Assembly: GCA_036646635.1 (NCBI GenBank)
Contig: JAVXLU010000003.1
Coordinates: 1-45,621, forward strand
Direction of reading: 5' to 3'
DNA from: Romboutsia sp.
GTDB lineage: Bacteria; Bacillota; Clostridia; Peptostreptococcales; Peptostreptococcaceae
DNA length: 45,621 bases
Each line of letters opens with the position of its first letter. Position 1 is the first letter of the stretch. The notes under the pieces were generated by a model. That model searched no databases. It saw nothing but the letters and a program-made list of their open reading frames with translations, and was not told the origin of the DNA. Both the position numbers and the translations under genes were made by a program. This document shows, piece by piece, positions 10,291 to 18,855 of the stretch.

Positions 10291-10960
10291 CTTTATATAG
10301 TTTATTCCAATGTTTATACCCTAAAATACTATTACAAAGATAAGCAAACATCATAATAAACATAGAAATAGCATTAATCTCTCCTCTAAAGATGGCTAAC
10401 ATCCACATTATGCATGCAACTAAATTATGTAAGCACCAAAAATTCCATTGATCCTTATAAGAATTAATACTTAATAACATAGCAGTAACACTTGTTACAG
10501 TAGCAAATGAATCTAAATAAGGCGTATTTCCTCCTAATAAATGAAGTATATATGTACCAACTATCCAAACACTAAGCCAGCATAGAGTAACAATTGATAA
10601 TTGTGATGCTTTTAATGCTTTTGGTTCTACTATACCATTATCATCCTCTCTCTTACTCCAGTTATACCACCCTATAAATTGTAATATAAAGTTTATAGCG
10701 TTAAGGGTTACATCACCATAGAACTTACTATTTAAAGCTATAAATATGTACATTGATATTTGTATAATACATAGTGGATAACACCACTTTGATCCCATTC
10801 TAACTAATATTACATAAAATATACCTAATACCCCTGTAATAAATCCTAATATAGTGCTACCAGTAGTTAATTGAACTATTAATAGTGATAATATAAATAT
10901 TAATGTTCCGATCCTCTCTATTTTTGTCATTTGTTTAATTAATTCTTTAATTTGCTGCAT
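10277..10960 (-). CDS. pnuC: PnuC family transporter
   Basis: Multi-TM; GWYNW, PYLDSFATVTSV.A..L, QW.FW motifs. Confidence 0.9.
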   Translation of the reverse strand: MQQIKELIKQMTKIERIGTLIFILSLLIVQLTTGSTILGFITGVLGIFYVILVRMGSKWCYPLCIIQISMYIFIALNSKFYGDVTLNAINFILQFIGWYNWSKREDDNGIVEPKALKASQLSIVTLCWLSVWIVGTYILHLLGGNTPYLDSFATVTSVTAMLLSINSYKDQWNFWCLHNLVACIMWMLAIFRGEINAISMFIMMFAYLCNSILGYKHWNKLYKENKY

Positions 10961-11283
10961 AAATTACTTCCTTTCTTTGCGTCATCTCTTATGTATCCAA
11001 TAATTTTATTATTTTTATCCATGAATAATATATACCCATTTTCTATCTCTTCACACACTTTGATTGGTACTAATTTTCCTAAATATTCATACCATCTCAT
11101 ATTATATGAAAGAACTGCCTTATGATAATTTTTAGAATTATATTGCTGATGTAAAAAATATAATAGTGTATTCTTATTTACGAAAACCTTGGTAACTTCT
11201 TTGTCGATTCCCATATATTGATTTGCTACATCTAATGACAATCCACATCCTATATATCTTTTCAATTTACTTTCAATTATCAT
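10939..11283 (-). CDS. hypothetical protein
   Basis: 114 aa ORF with RBS. Confidence 0.6.
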   Translation of the reverse strand: MIIESKLKRYIGCGLSLDVANQYMGIDKEVTKVFVNKNTLLYFLHQQYNSKNYHKAVLSYNMRWYEYLGKLVPIKVCEEIENGYILFMDKNNKIIGYIRDDAKKGSNLCSKLKN

Positions 11284-11363
11284 TAATTTACCTTCTTTAT
11301 TATTTATTTAAATCTCTGATTTTAAGATATTGGGAAGTCTATCATCTCCCCAATACTTGATTA

Positions 11364-12050
11364 CTATTCCCTAATAAAAGATACAAACTGTTTACCCATA
11401 TTAGTAAGTCGAGGTGAATATACACCATTTAAACTCATAGTACCGCCTATATCACTTATACTTACAAAACCTAAATTATATAGTGTTTTTATTCTGTTTG
11501 AAATTATTTCGTCTTGACCTTTTATTTTTGGATAATACCTATATAATCCATCTGTGACACTGCCGTTACCAAAAGAAGTGTCAACACATTCACCATTTTC
11601 TTCAAACCTTTTTATTGGATTTTCAAAGTATATTAATAATTGTAAATCAAGATTCGTCAATGAATCTATGTTTTTCGTAAAAATTAATTGGATATCTTCA
11701 TTTAATTTAGTCCCCTCGGCACAATTTAAACACGCATTGCGCAAAGCTTGTCTCTTCAACTCCTGATGTGTTTTCATTGCTATGCTTGTGGCATCCAATA
11801 CTATGGTAGTAAACAATTCATTATCTTTAAGGCTTTCTAAACTTTGCTCTCCAACCTTATTTCTTAATTCTTCTAATCCTTCCGCTAAATATATTAGCCA
11901 TTCTTCTTTTCTTTTTTCGACAGGTGAAGTAAAAATTATATCTAATAATTCTGAAACAAATGGGACTTGTGACGCCAAACCTTTAATCCCCGCTGCGACC
12001 AAGTCTCCGCTTGTTGCTTCTAAGTCTTTTTTAATATCATTGCTTATCAT
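11364..12050 (-). CDS. Abi-alpha/DUF4393-like protein
   Basis: SQVPFVSEL N-terminus, K.QALRNA, C-terminal wHTH-like L.NLGFV...LT.MGKQFV; own terminator at ~11328-11355. Confidence 0.6.
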   Translation of the reverse strand: MISNDIKKDLEATSGDLVAAGIKGLASQVPFVSELLDIIFTSPVEKRKEEWLIYLAEGLEELRNKVGEQSLESLKDNELFTTIVLDATSIAMKTHQELKRQALRNACLNCAEGTKLNEDIQLIFTKNIDSLTNLDLQLLIYFENPIKRFEENGECVDTSFGNGSVTDGLYRYYPKIKGQDEIISNRIKTLYNLGFVSISDIGGTMSLNGVYSPRLTNMGKQFVSFIRE

Positions 12051-12104
12051 TTCGTTGCCTCCTATAATTGTATTTTACAATTATATTATATATGTAAATT
12101 TCCA

Positions 12105-12248
12105 TTATGTAACTATATTCCCTTTTACTTTTCTTTCACAGTTGCTTAATATACTTCTTTCTATAATTAATCCATCGTAATAACCTTCACTATACCATTT
12201 TTTAGCCAGATTGTTTTTAAACTCTCTTTTTCTTTTAAGTGTTCTCAT
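12105..12248 (-). CDS. 47 aa hypothetical protein
   Basis: Hand-translated MRTLKRKREF..GYYDGLIIERSILSNCERK..; AGGTGG RBS. Confidence 0.45.
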   Translation of the reverse strand: MRTLKRKREFKNNLAKKWYSEGYYDGLIIERSILSNCERKVKGNIVT

Positions 12249-12263
12249 ATCCACCTATTTACA

Positions 12264-12476
12264 CTATCCTTTCTTGTTATTCTGAACTATAAATTCAACT
12301 CTTTGCGATTCACAAGATTCATGTCCACATTTCTCACATTTATAACAAGCTCTTAGTAGTAAATCATGTGTCATATTAACATGATTTACTACACTTTGTT
12401 GATTGCAGTTTTCACATGTAGACCATATAGGAACTTCTACCTTCAGTTTTTTATCCTTCAGCTTTTTATTAAACAC
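12264..12476 (-). CDS. small zinc-ribbon protein
   Basis: CENC and CEKC pairs. Confidence 0.65.
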   Translation of the reverse strand: MFNKKLKDKKLKVEVPIWSTCENCNQQSVVNHVNMTHDLLLRACYKCEKCGHESCESQRVEFIVQNNKKG

Positions 12477-12528
12477 TCTTTCACCTTCTCCATTCCCTAT
12501 TATTTTATATTATTTTCCTATTACGAAC

Positions 12529-12870
12529 TTATCCTATATTTATAACTATGAATTTTTCAAATTTAACTTTCGCAAATTCTTCTTGATATTTATTTTCTAA
12601 TTCTTCACCTTCTAGGTTCTTTGAATATTTTAAAAAATCATATAATTCATCTGGATAATCTTCTTTGTTATACCATGCAGCTTCCCAACGTTTTTCTAAT
12701 AATGCTATTTCATCTATTTTTACAGAACTTATATAACTTTCTTCATACCTAAAATCACCACTATTCACATCATCTGCTGCAAAAATTTTAAATTGTAAAG
12801 TCGGATTTTCCTTTATTAAATCTCTTAATTGTTGTTGCGTTCCAATTTCATTTATCATATTAAATATCAC
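12529..12870 (-). CDS. hypothetical phage protein
   Basis: 113 aa ORF; stop codon in junction repeat. Confidence 0.7.
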   Translation of the reverse strand: MIFNMINEIGTQQQLRDLIKENPTLQFKIFAADDVNSGDFRYEESYISSVKIDEIALLEKRWEAAWYNKEDYPDELYDFLKYSKNLEGEELENKYQEEFAKVKFEKFIVINIG

Positions 12871-12915
12871 TCTTTCTTCACTTATTTCTTGTCATTGTGA
12901 ACTAACTATGTGTTA

Positions 12916-13179
12916 TTATTGCTTCATATGTTTTTTAAATATTTCGGATTTACAAGGATAAAATTCTCCATTTACACCCTTTATGATATAATCACCTCTA
13001 TTTGCAACCATATCACCTTCTAAGGTTTCAATTCTCAATGTGTAATTATCGGAGTCTAAGTAGCTCGTACTTGCAAAGCCCAACACTTCTAGTAAATTAT
13101 CCCCCGTCCAAATAATAGCTTCAATTATAACTGGTTTTTTTCTATATTTAGCCATATATTCTTTCTCCTTATCATTCAT
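12916..13179 (-). CDS. PGDYG-like conserved phage protein, C-terminus apparently frameshifted
   Basis: KYRKKPVIIEA..TLEG..GDYIIKGVNGEFYPCK; likely start at MAKYRK. Confidence 0.75.
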   Translation of the reverse strand: MNDKEKEYMAKYRKKPVIIEAIIWTGDNLLEVLGFASTSYLDSDNYTLRIETLEGDMVANRGDYIIKGVNGEFYPCKSEIFKKHMKQ

Positions 13180-13198
13180 ATTATTATGGTACTGAAAA

Positions 13199-13369
13199 CT
13201 AATTAGTTACTCCTGTTCCATTACAGAACTTACATTTAATTTGTGTATCTTCGCCTCTAATACTTCCTGCATTATAAGTTGCTACACTTTGCATAGCTTT
13301 TAACTTTCCAGTACCCCTACAGTAGGTACATGGTTTAATATTATTTATAATATTTATTTTGATATCCAT
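13199..13369 (-). CDS. 56 aa DnaJ-type zinc finger protein
   Basis: Hand-translated; CTYCRGTG and CKFCNGTG; AAGGTG RBS. Confidence 0.75.
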   Translation of the reverse strand: MDIKINIINNIKPCTYCRGTGKLKAMQSVATYNAGSIRGEDTQIKCKFCNGTGVTN

Positions 13370-13402
13370 ATTTGCACCTTCACTCCTTCTTGCTATTGTG
13401 AA

Positions 13403-13669
13403 CTATCCAAATAAAAGATTTTCTATTTCTTCAAATGTATCTCCCATAGTAAAACCTATTATTTTAACCTTATTTGGTGCAGCTTTTAGTGTAAGATCTT
13501 CATTGTAAGCACCTTTGTAATATTCTAATTTTTTATCAAAGTTTTCATATCCATTAATTATTATTTCAGGTCTTTTAAATCCATCCATTGATATTAAAAC
13601 GCCAACAAACTCTACTTCATCTTTCTTTGCTTCCTCGAAACATTTTTCTAAATTATTTATTTTTAACAT
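13403..13669 (-). CDS. conserved hypothetical phage protein
   Basis: 88 aa; PEIIIN..ENFDKKLEYYK.AYNEDL pattern common in Firmicute phages. Confidence 0.75.
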   Translation of the reverse strand: MLKINNLEKCFEEAKKDEVEFVGVLISMDGFKRPEIIINGYENFDKKLEYYKGAYNEDLTLKAAPNKVKIIGFTMGDTFEEIENLLFG

Positions 13670-13709
13670 TATAAACTCCCTCTTTCTTACTTTATCTTGC
13701 TATTGCGAA

Positions 13710-13853
13710 CTAATTACTTTCTATATAAGGTTCTCCATTTTCATCAAAATCAACTTGTATTGTAGACTCACAAATACATTCAAACTGTAAATCTTCAAGT
13801 TTTTCCGCGTCATATGTTGCATAGCAATAAGGACATTCTATTTTTTTACTCAT
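13710..13853 (-). CDS. 47 aa acidic zinc-ribbon protein, copy 1
   Basis: MSKKIECPYCYATYDAEKLEDLQFECICESTIQVDFDENGEPYIESN; AGGAGTG RBS. Confidence 0.75.
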   Translation of the reverse strand: MSKKIECPYCYATYDAEKLEDLQFECICESTIQVDFDENGEPYIESN

Positions 13854-13889
13854 TAACTTCACTCCTTCTCATCTTCCTCATATTGTGAA

Positions 13890-13924
13890 TAAAAAAATAC
13901 CGTACTAGTAAAATAGTACGGTAT
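13890..13924 (-). terminator. Rho-independent terminator
   Basis: ATACCGTACTA-loop-TAGTACGGTAT followed by T tract on minus strand. Confidence 0.85.
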
Positions 13925-13932
13925 AGCTCTAT

Positions 13933-14250
13933 CTAATATTTTTCAGCGTATTTTTCCAATAATAATATAACTTCTTCATCATAGTTTAGATTATCTTTAT
14001 ATTCTTCATACCACTCATGATACTCTTCTTCTGTATTACAACTATAAAACCATTGTGCAATATCTTCATCTAAATCTTCTCTTAAGTGCCACTCTACTTC
14101 ATCTTCACTATAATCTTTAATTAAATTATAAGATATGAATTGTTCTCTACTTTTTAATATGTTAAATCCAAATCTCTCAAATTTTTCATTTGTAAATATA
14201 TCATGCAAATTACAGTTATCTATAAGTTTATTAATCACTTCTAAAGTCAT
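13933..14250 (-). CDS. highly acidic hypothetical protein
   Basis: 105 aa, Glu/Asp/Tyr-rich C-terminal half; GGAGG RBS. Confidence 0.75.
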   Translation of the reverse strand: MTLEVINKLIDNCNLHDIFTNEKFERFGFNILKSREQFISYNLIKDYSEDEVEWHLREDLDEDIAQWFYSCNTEEEYHEWYEEYKDNLNYDEEVILLLEKYAEKY

Positions 14251-14332
14251 ATACTACCTCCAACAATATATATTTACTATATTATACCGTACTATTCAGT
14301 TTTAAAAGAACATTTTATATAATTTTTTTATA

Positions 14333-14485
14333 TTACAAATCAACTTCTTTATCTAAATATTCTAAAAACCAGTTATCAATTTTATTTGCCTTAGTTAATT
14401 CTTTTTTATCCCAATTAGCTATTAATCTAATTTCTTCTGCTAACTGCTCTCTTGCCATGTTTTTGATTCTTTCAAAATTTGTCAT
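14333..14485 (-). CDS. 50 aa hypothetical protein (MTNFERIK family)
   Basis: Hand-translated MTNFERIKNMAREQLAEEI..; AGGTGG RBS; similar start to 23658..23873. Confidence 0.7.
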   Translation of the reverse strand: MTNFERIKNMAREQLAEEIRLIANWDKKELTKANKIDNWFLEYLDKEVDL

Positions 14486-14587
14486 TTTCAATTCCACCTT
14501 TTTTCACTTAATACTCGTATTACAAACTTTAATTAAAACTAACTTTTTAAATATACCCACCCTCCCACCACATAAATATTTATTTAA

Positions 14588-16681
14588 TTAGTCAAATCTA
14601 TCTATTTTAATTAATTTAGTTCCTCCATTAATAGTTGATATCTTTAATGTTAAATTCCAATCAGAATTATTTGAATAGCCTACACCACATGCTGTTGCTT
14701 CATCTACCCCTTCTATTGGTGTCATAGATGTATAAGCTTCAAGGGTCTTTCTTATAGCTCTTAAATCAGGTATTAACATCTCATTAAAGAAACCTCTGCC
14801 TTTTCCCTCTGATAAATCTTTACAACCATCTAATATAAAGAATGTATGATTTCCTAAATGTTCTAGGTTATTATTTTCCCATAAGTTAGGTGATTTTGTA
14901 ATAGCATTTACTTTAACAAATTGATTATTATCTAAATTCCAATTTTCAGTTGTATTAATCATCGCATTCTTAGATAACATTGTAACTTGTCCGTCATAAT
15001 AGTCAAATTCAAATACAACAGTTTTTCTGTAATTCATATCTGCATTACCTTCGAATGTAAACACTTGGTCTTTTACTTGTAATTCAACTTTAAAAGGATT
15101 ATCGCCATGATTCCTATCTGAATAATTATTTACATAAAATCTATATCTACCATTAGGTGCATTAGATTGCCATCTTATATTCTCAACTGGTGTAATACTT
15201 TCCCCTCTACAAGCATTCATATCAACATCTAAATATCCTGAGCCATTTCTTTTGTCTCCATAAAAAATTTCTCTTTCGTTAGGAGGCATACAATGTATAT
15301 CTAAATCTGTATAACTATTCCACATTAGAGAACATCTAATTTCATTATCTTCATATCTTCCACCTTCGGCTTCAACCCTTTTCTTCATTTCAGAATCTAT
15401 TCCTCCATGATAGTACCAGCTAAAAGAATTATCCCATTGTAATATATTTTCTGATTCTGGATTAGCTGCTGTCACTAAAGCCATTAACTTATTTGTATTA
15501 TCTACTTTTGCTTCAATAGTTTTAGCTTTTGGTAATATAGTCTTTTTAAATTTATCCCATGTCATTTTAGTTATTGGGAGTTTGTCTAAATTATGATTAG
15601 ATGTTTCTTCTTGTTTAGCTAATAATTTAGCAAAAACACCCGTTCCACTTGTCTTACTTGAAGTAGTCTTTGAAATTTCTTTTTCAATTTCTCTCCATAT
15701 TATTTCATCTCCTGGTATTTCTTCTAAAGTTGCATATCTTCTTTCTAAAGAATCTGCTATACCTAGATTTTCTATTACTTTTTCTGCTTCTTTAATAGCA
15801 TTTACTTTTGGTTCTGATTGAGATCTCATATATTGTGAAGGATTCATTTTCTCATTAAATCTTCTTTTAATTGATTCTAGTGATAACCCTTCTTTTATAT
15901 CGTCGAGTAAAGTTCCAACCATAGATGATCTTATTCTACAGAATCCTGTTGGAGCTGTTGCAACTGCTAACCATTTTAAATTTTCTTTAAGTTTTCTATC
16001 CTTGACTGTTGATAATGATTCAGACATAAGCTTAAACCATTCTACAATCTTCACAAATTTATTTCCTCTATATAACTGATTAGATTCTAATAAATCTAAA
16101 GCTATTTGTAGTATTTCGGCAGAATAATCAACCAATCCTAGATTAAACATTCTATAGTCTTCCTTTTTATCTGCTAATATCTGTCCTGCTGTTTGAAGTC
16201 TAGATTTATTTAAAGATATAGAATTATTTTTTAATTTTACTGAGTAATGTGTCCATTCTCCAGTCTTAGGTATTCCTAATACTTTTTCATCTGATAAAAA
16301 TATATTCTTTATAGGATTACCCTCCACAATAATTCTTAATGTTTTAGCTACTTCTTTAAAAAATACGGGTGCTTGGATTTCATTCCATAACACTGATTTG
16401 ATCGCTCCATTTTCATCTACAGTTACTAAATTAGCATATCTAGTAATAAAGTGTTTGCAGGCATTACAATTATAATGTTGTCTTCCTTCTTCTGGTATAC
16501 CATTTAAATAAGTTTCCCATAAAATTTCTTTATCTACATTTGTTTTAAATAAAGGCGTATTTGATTCCACTAAAGAATTAAAAACAGTTTTAACACTTTC
16601 TTCAAATTCATAATAATTATCTCCTGCTCTTGATCCTGGTGTATTTAGCATTTCTCTAATTTCATTATTTAATTTCATCAT
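14588..16681 (-). CDS. large phage protein with internal DUF2135/YfaP-like domain
   Basis: SLMWNSYTDLDIHC..P, G.LDVD.N, PVENI.W, G.Y..YVNNY motifs; N-terminal HYNCNAC. Confidence 0.75.
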   Translation of the reverse strand: MMKLNNEIREMLNTPGSRAGDNYYEFEESVKTVFNSLVESNTPLFKTNVDKEILWETYLNGIPEEGRQHYNCNACKHFITRYANLVTVDENGAIKSVLWNEIQAPVFFKEVAKTLRIIVEGNPIKNIFLSDEKVLGIPKTGEWTHYSVKLKNNSISLNKSRLQTAGQILADKKEDYRMFNLGLVDYSAEILQIALDLLESNQLYRGNKFVKIVEWFKLMSESLSTVKDRKLKENLKWLAVATAPTGFCRIRSSMVGTLLDDIKEGLSLESIKRRFNEKMNPSQYMRSQSEPKVNAIKEAEKVIENLGIADSLERRYATLEEIPGDEIIWREIEKEISKTTSSKTSGTGVFAKLLAKQEETSNHNLDKLPITKMTWDKFKKTILPKAKTIEAKVDNTNKLMALVTAANPESENILQWDNSFSWYYHGGIDSEMKKRVEAEGGRYEDNEIRCSLMWNSYTDLDIHCMPPNEREIFYGDKRNGSGYLDVDMNACRGESITPVENIRWQSNAPNGRYRFYVNNYSDRNHGDNPFKVELQVKDQVFTFEGNADMNYRKTVVFEFDYYDGQVTMLSKNAMINTTENWNLDNNQFVKVNAITKSPNLWENNNLEHLGNHTFFILDGCKDLSEGKGRGFFNEMLIPDLRAIRKTLEAYTSMTPIEGVDEATACGVGYSNNSDWNLTLKISTINGGTKLIKIDRFD

Positions 16682-16752
16682 TTTTATATCTCCCTTTTTG
16701 AATATTTATTTTATTAATTGGTATTACTCATAATTGACTTATTATAGACTTT

Positions 16753-18045
16753 TTAATACATGCTTATCTCATCTTTATCATCTCTTATGATACTTTTCCA
16801 CGTACCAAACCTAAACCCATAACCACCATTGGCATTACTACTAATTTCAAAATATCCTACTGTTACTATTTTATTCATTATAATGTCTGGTTGCTTCCAG
16901 TATAGTTCTCTTTCTTCATCACTAAAACCACTACCTATTCCAGTTGTCCATAATTGCCCTTTATTTTCGAATTGTACTGTAATCATACCTAATTTACCTT
17001 TATTCTTTCCTGTACCCTCAGCCATATCAACTACTCTTACATCTGCATCATTAAATTTCTTAACCTTTAAAATAGTTTTAGTTCTTTTACACTCATAAGC
17101 TGCTTCAGATAAATTTACCATTACACCTTCTTCTCCATTATTAATAGCATTGTTTAATAATTTTGTTATTTCTTCTATATCTTTGCCTATATATAACGGT
17201 TTGACTTCTATTATATTATTAAAACTATTTTTCTCTACAAGTTCATGTAATTGATTTTTTCTATCTATACATTTAGTTTTACATTTACCTTGCTTAAAAT
17301 CTTCTAATGGCAATATATCAAATATATTAAATATCAAATTATGTTTTTCCCCTTCCTTTCTAACCTCCTTCATAGTTACTCTATATAAATCTTTTGATTC
17401 TAAATTCCTATCATTCCTAATAAGTATTTCTCCATCTAATACAATCCCATCTGGTATATTTATAAAATCCTGTTCTATTTCATGTAATCCTTCTATCTCT
17501 TTCCCTTGTCTTGTAAATGCTTTAAATACACCATTCTCTTTCCAGGCAACCATTCTTCCCCCATCAAGTTTCGTAGTAACTATAAATTCCTTATCACTTA
17601 CTTTATCTACACTATCCCAGTATTTAGATGCCAACATTACATTAAATTGGGGTATCAAGTTTTTCCACACTTTATTAATTGTTTTTGCGCTTATGTTACA
17701 TCTTAAATCTTTAAGTAACATCATAGTATACAATTCTTTTATATCTTCGGAAGAGTTCTGTAAAAACATTCTAGCTTGCGTTCTAAGATTATCGTTTATA
17801 TTATTTCTACTTAACTCATCAAGCAAATCAAAAATATCCCCAACATAAATCCCCTTTAACATTAAACCGTCGTCAAATTTCTTTAATAATTTTTCAGTTA
17901 TCTTATATTTCATGTACGGATTATAAGTATAAAATAATACTTTTTGTAGTAGTATATTATCTTCATTGTTTTTTAATATAATTATTTTATCATTTGTAGA
18001 ACTAGTATTTTGTAATCTTTCTATTATTTCTTTTATTCTTTTCAT
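16753..18045 (-). CDS. ATP-dependent DNA ligase
   Basis: KLDGGR, LDGEI, FDIL, EGVMV, LKVK motifs and OB domain. Confidence 0.95.
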   Translation of the reverse strand: MKRIKEIIERLQNTSSTNDKIIILKNNEDNILLQKVLFYTYNPYMKYKITEKLLKKFDDGLMLKGIYVGDIFDLLDELSRNNINDNLRTQARMFLQNSSEDIKELYTMMLLKDLRCNISAKTINKVWKNLIPQFNVMLASKYWDSVDKVSDKEFIVTTKLDGGRMVAWKENGVFKAFTRQGKEIEGLHEIEQDFINIPDGIVLDGEILIRNDRNLESKDLYRVTMKEVRKEGEKHNLIFNIFDILPLEDFKQGKCKTKCIDRKNQLHELVEKNSFNNIIEVKPLYIGKDIEEITKLLNNAINNGEEGVMVNLSEAAYECKRTKTILKVKKFNDADVRVVDMAEGTGKNKGKLGMITVQFENKGQLWTTGIGSGFSDEERELYWKQPDIIMNKIVTVGYFEISSNANGGYGFRFGTWKSIIRDDKDEISMY

Positions 18046-18059
18046 ATATATGCTCCTTT

Positions 18060-18344
18060 TTATATATAGTATCTGCCTTTAATTTTTCTTTGACATTGCT
18101 TACAACTATTTTTTTGTTTTCTTTTACAACTACAAGACATTAAATCAAATGGGCATACATCAAGTGCGGTTGCTATATTTTCTATTGTATGTAATGTCGG
18201 AGATTCCTTGTTATTTTCTATCCTCGATATTGTACTTTGTGTTACTCCTATTTTTAAGGCTAGTTTAACTTGACTAATATGCTTTAACTTTCTTATTTTG
18301 GATATATTTTTAATATTTATTTTACATCTATTGTTATTATTCAT
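18060..18344 (-). CDS. XRE-family HTH regulator
   Basis: ISQVKLA..IGVTQSTISRIEN...PT...IA.AL; Cys-rich tail. Confidence 0.9.
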   Translation of the reverse strand: MNNNNRCKINIKNISKIRKLKHISQVKLALKIGVTQSTISRIENNKESPTLHTIENIATALDVCPFDLMSCSCKRKQKNSCKQCQRKIKGRYYI

Positions 18345-18359
18345 ACATCTATTGCTCTC

Positions 18360-18620
18360 CTAATCAGTATTTAATAGATTTTTCTCGACTATAAACCACT
18401 TTCTGATGCTTTTCATATTATTTTCTCTTAATTTATTTTCTTTACAAAAATATCTGTATTTCATCCATTCTTCTTGTTCTTTACTTACTTCTCTTCTCAA
18501 TTCTATATCCTTCTTTCTCCATAAAGAATTACAAAAATCTTTCATCATTTTATTCAAGCTCTTTAATTCTCTCTTTCTCCAAATATTATCCTCATTATCA
18601 CTAACGGTATTATTACACAA
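18360..18620 (-). CDS. hypothetical protein
   Basis: 86 aa ORF. Confidence 0.55.
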   Translation of the reverse strand: MCNNTVSDNEDNIWRKRELKSLNKMMKDFCNSLWRKKDIELRREVSKEQEEWMKYRYFCKENKLRENNMKSIRKWFIVEKNLLNTD

Positions 18621-18627
18621 AGTACTA

Positions 18628-18855
18628 TTATATCCATTTCTTAGTTTCCTTTCTTATCCATTCATCATGAACATAATTAAAATATGGAAGAGGCTTTACA
18701 AACCTTCCTACTTTCATCATAATATCTCCATATTTGCCTCTAAAAACTTCAAATTCTAAATCATTCACTCTTGTGAATCTTAACCTAGAGTCTACTGATA
18801 ACTGTAATATTACTTCCATAAGGCTATATTTCTTCATTTCTATATTCCTCTGCAA
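18628..18855 (-). CDS. hypothetical protein
   Basis: 75 aa ORF. Confidence 0.6.
   Translation of the reverse strand: MQRNIEMKKYSLMEVILQLSVDSRLRFTRVNDLEFEVFRGKYGDIMMKVGRFVKPLPYFNYVHDEWIRKETKKWI

Larger units (their letters stand above)
12519..14529 (-). repeat. array of eight 12-bp junction repeats (consensus TAGTTYRCAATA) delimiting seven one-gene units
   Basis: Copies at 12519,12893,13190,13394,13701,13881,14331,14518. Confidence 0.8.

Noticed and set aside
12261-12272. Additional array site after the 70 aa zinc-ribbon gene (TAGTGTAAATAG)
   Set aside because: Too divergent from the consensus to count.
13684-13712. Junction sites as full 28-bp dif/pdif sites
   Set aside because: Only one arm resembles XerD; no consistent XerC-like arm 6 bp away.
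12519-14529. Array as CRISPR or classical integron
   Set aside because: Repeats are only ~12-18 bp and degenerate, intervals are 180-450 bp coding units, no attC hairpins, no cas or intI gene in the window.
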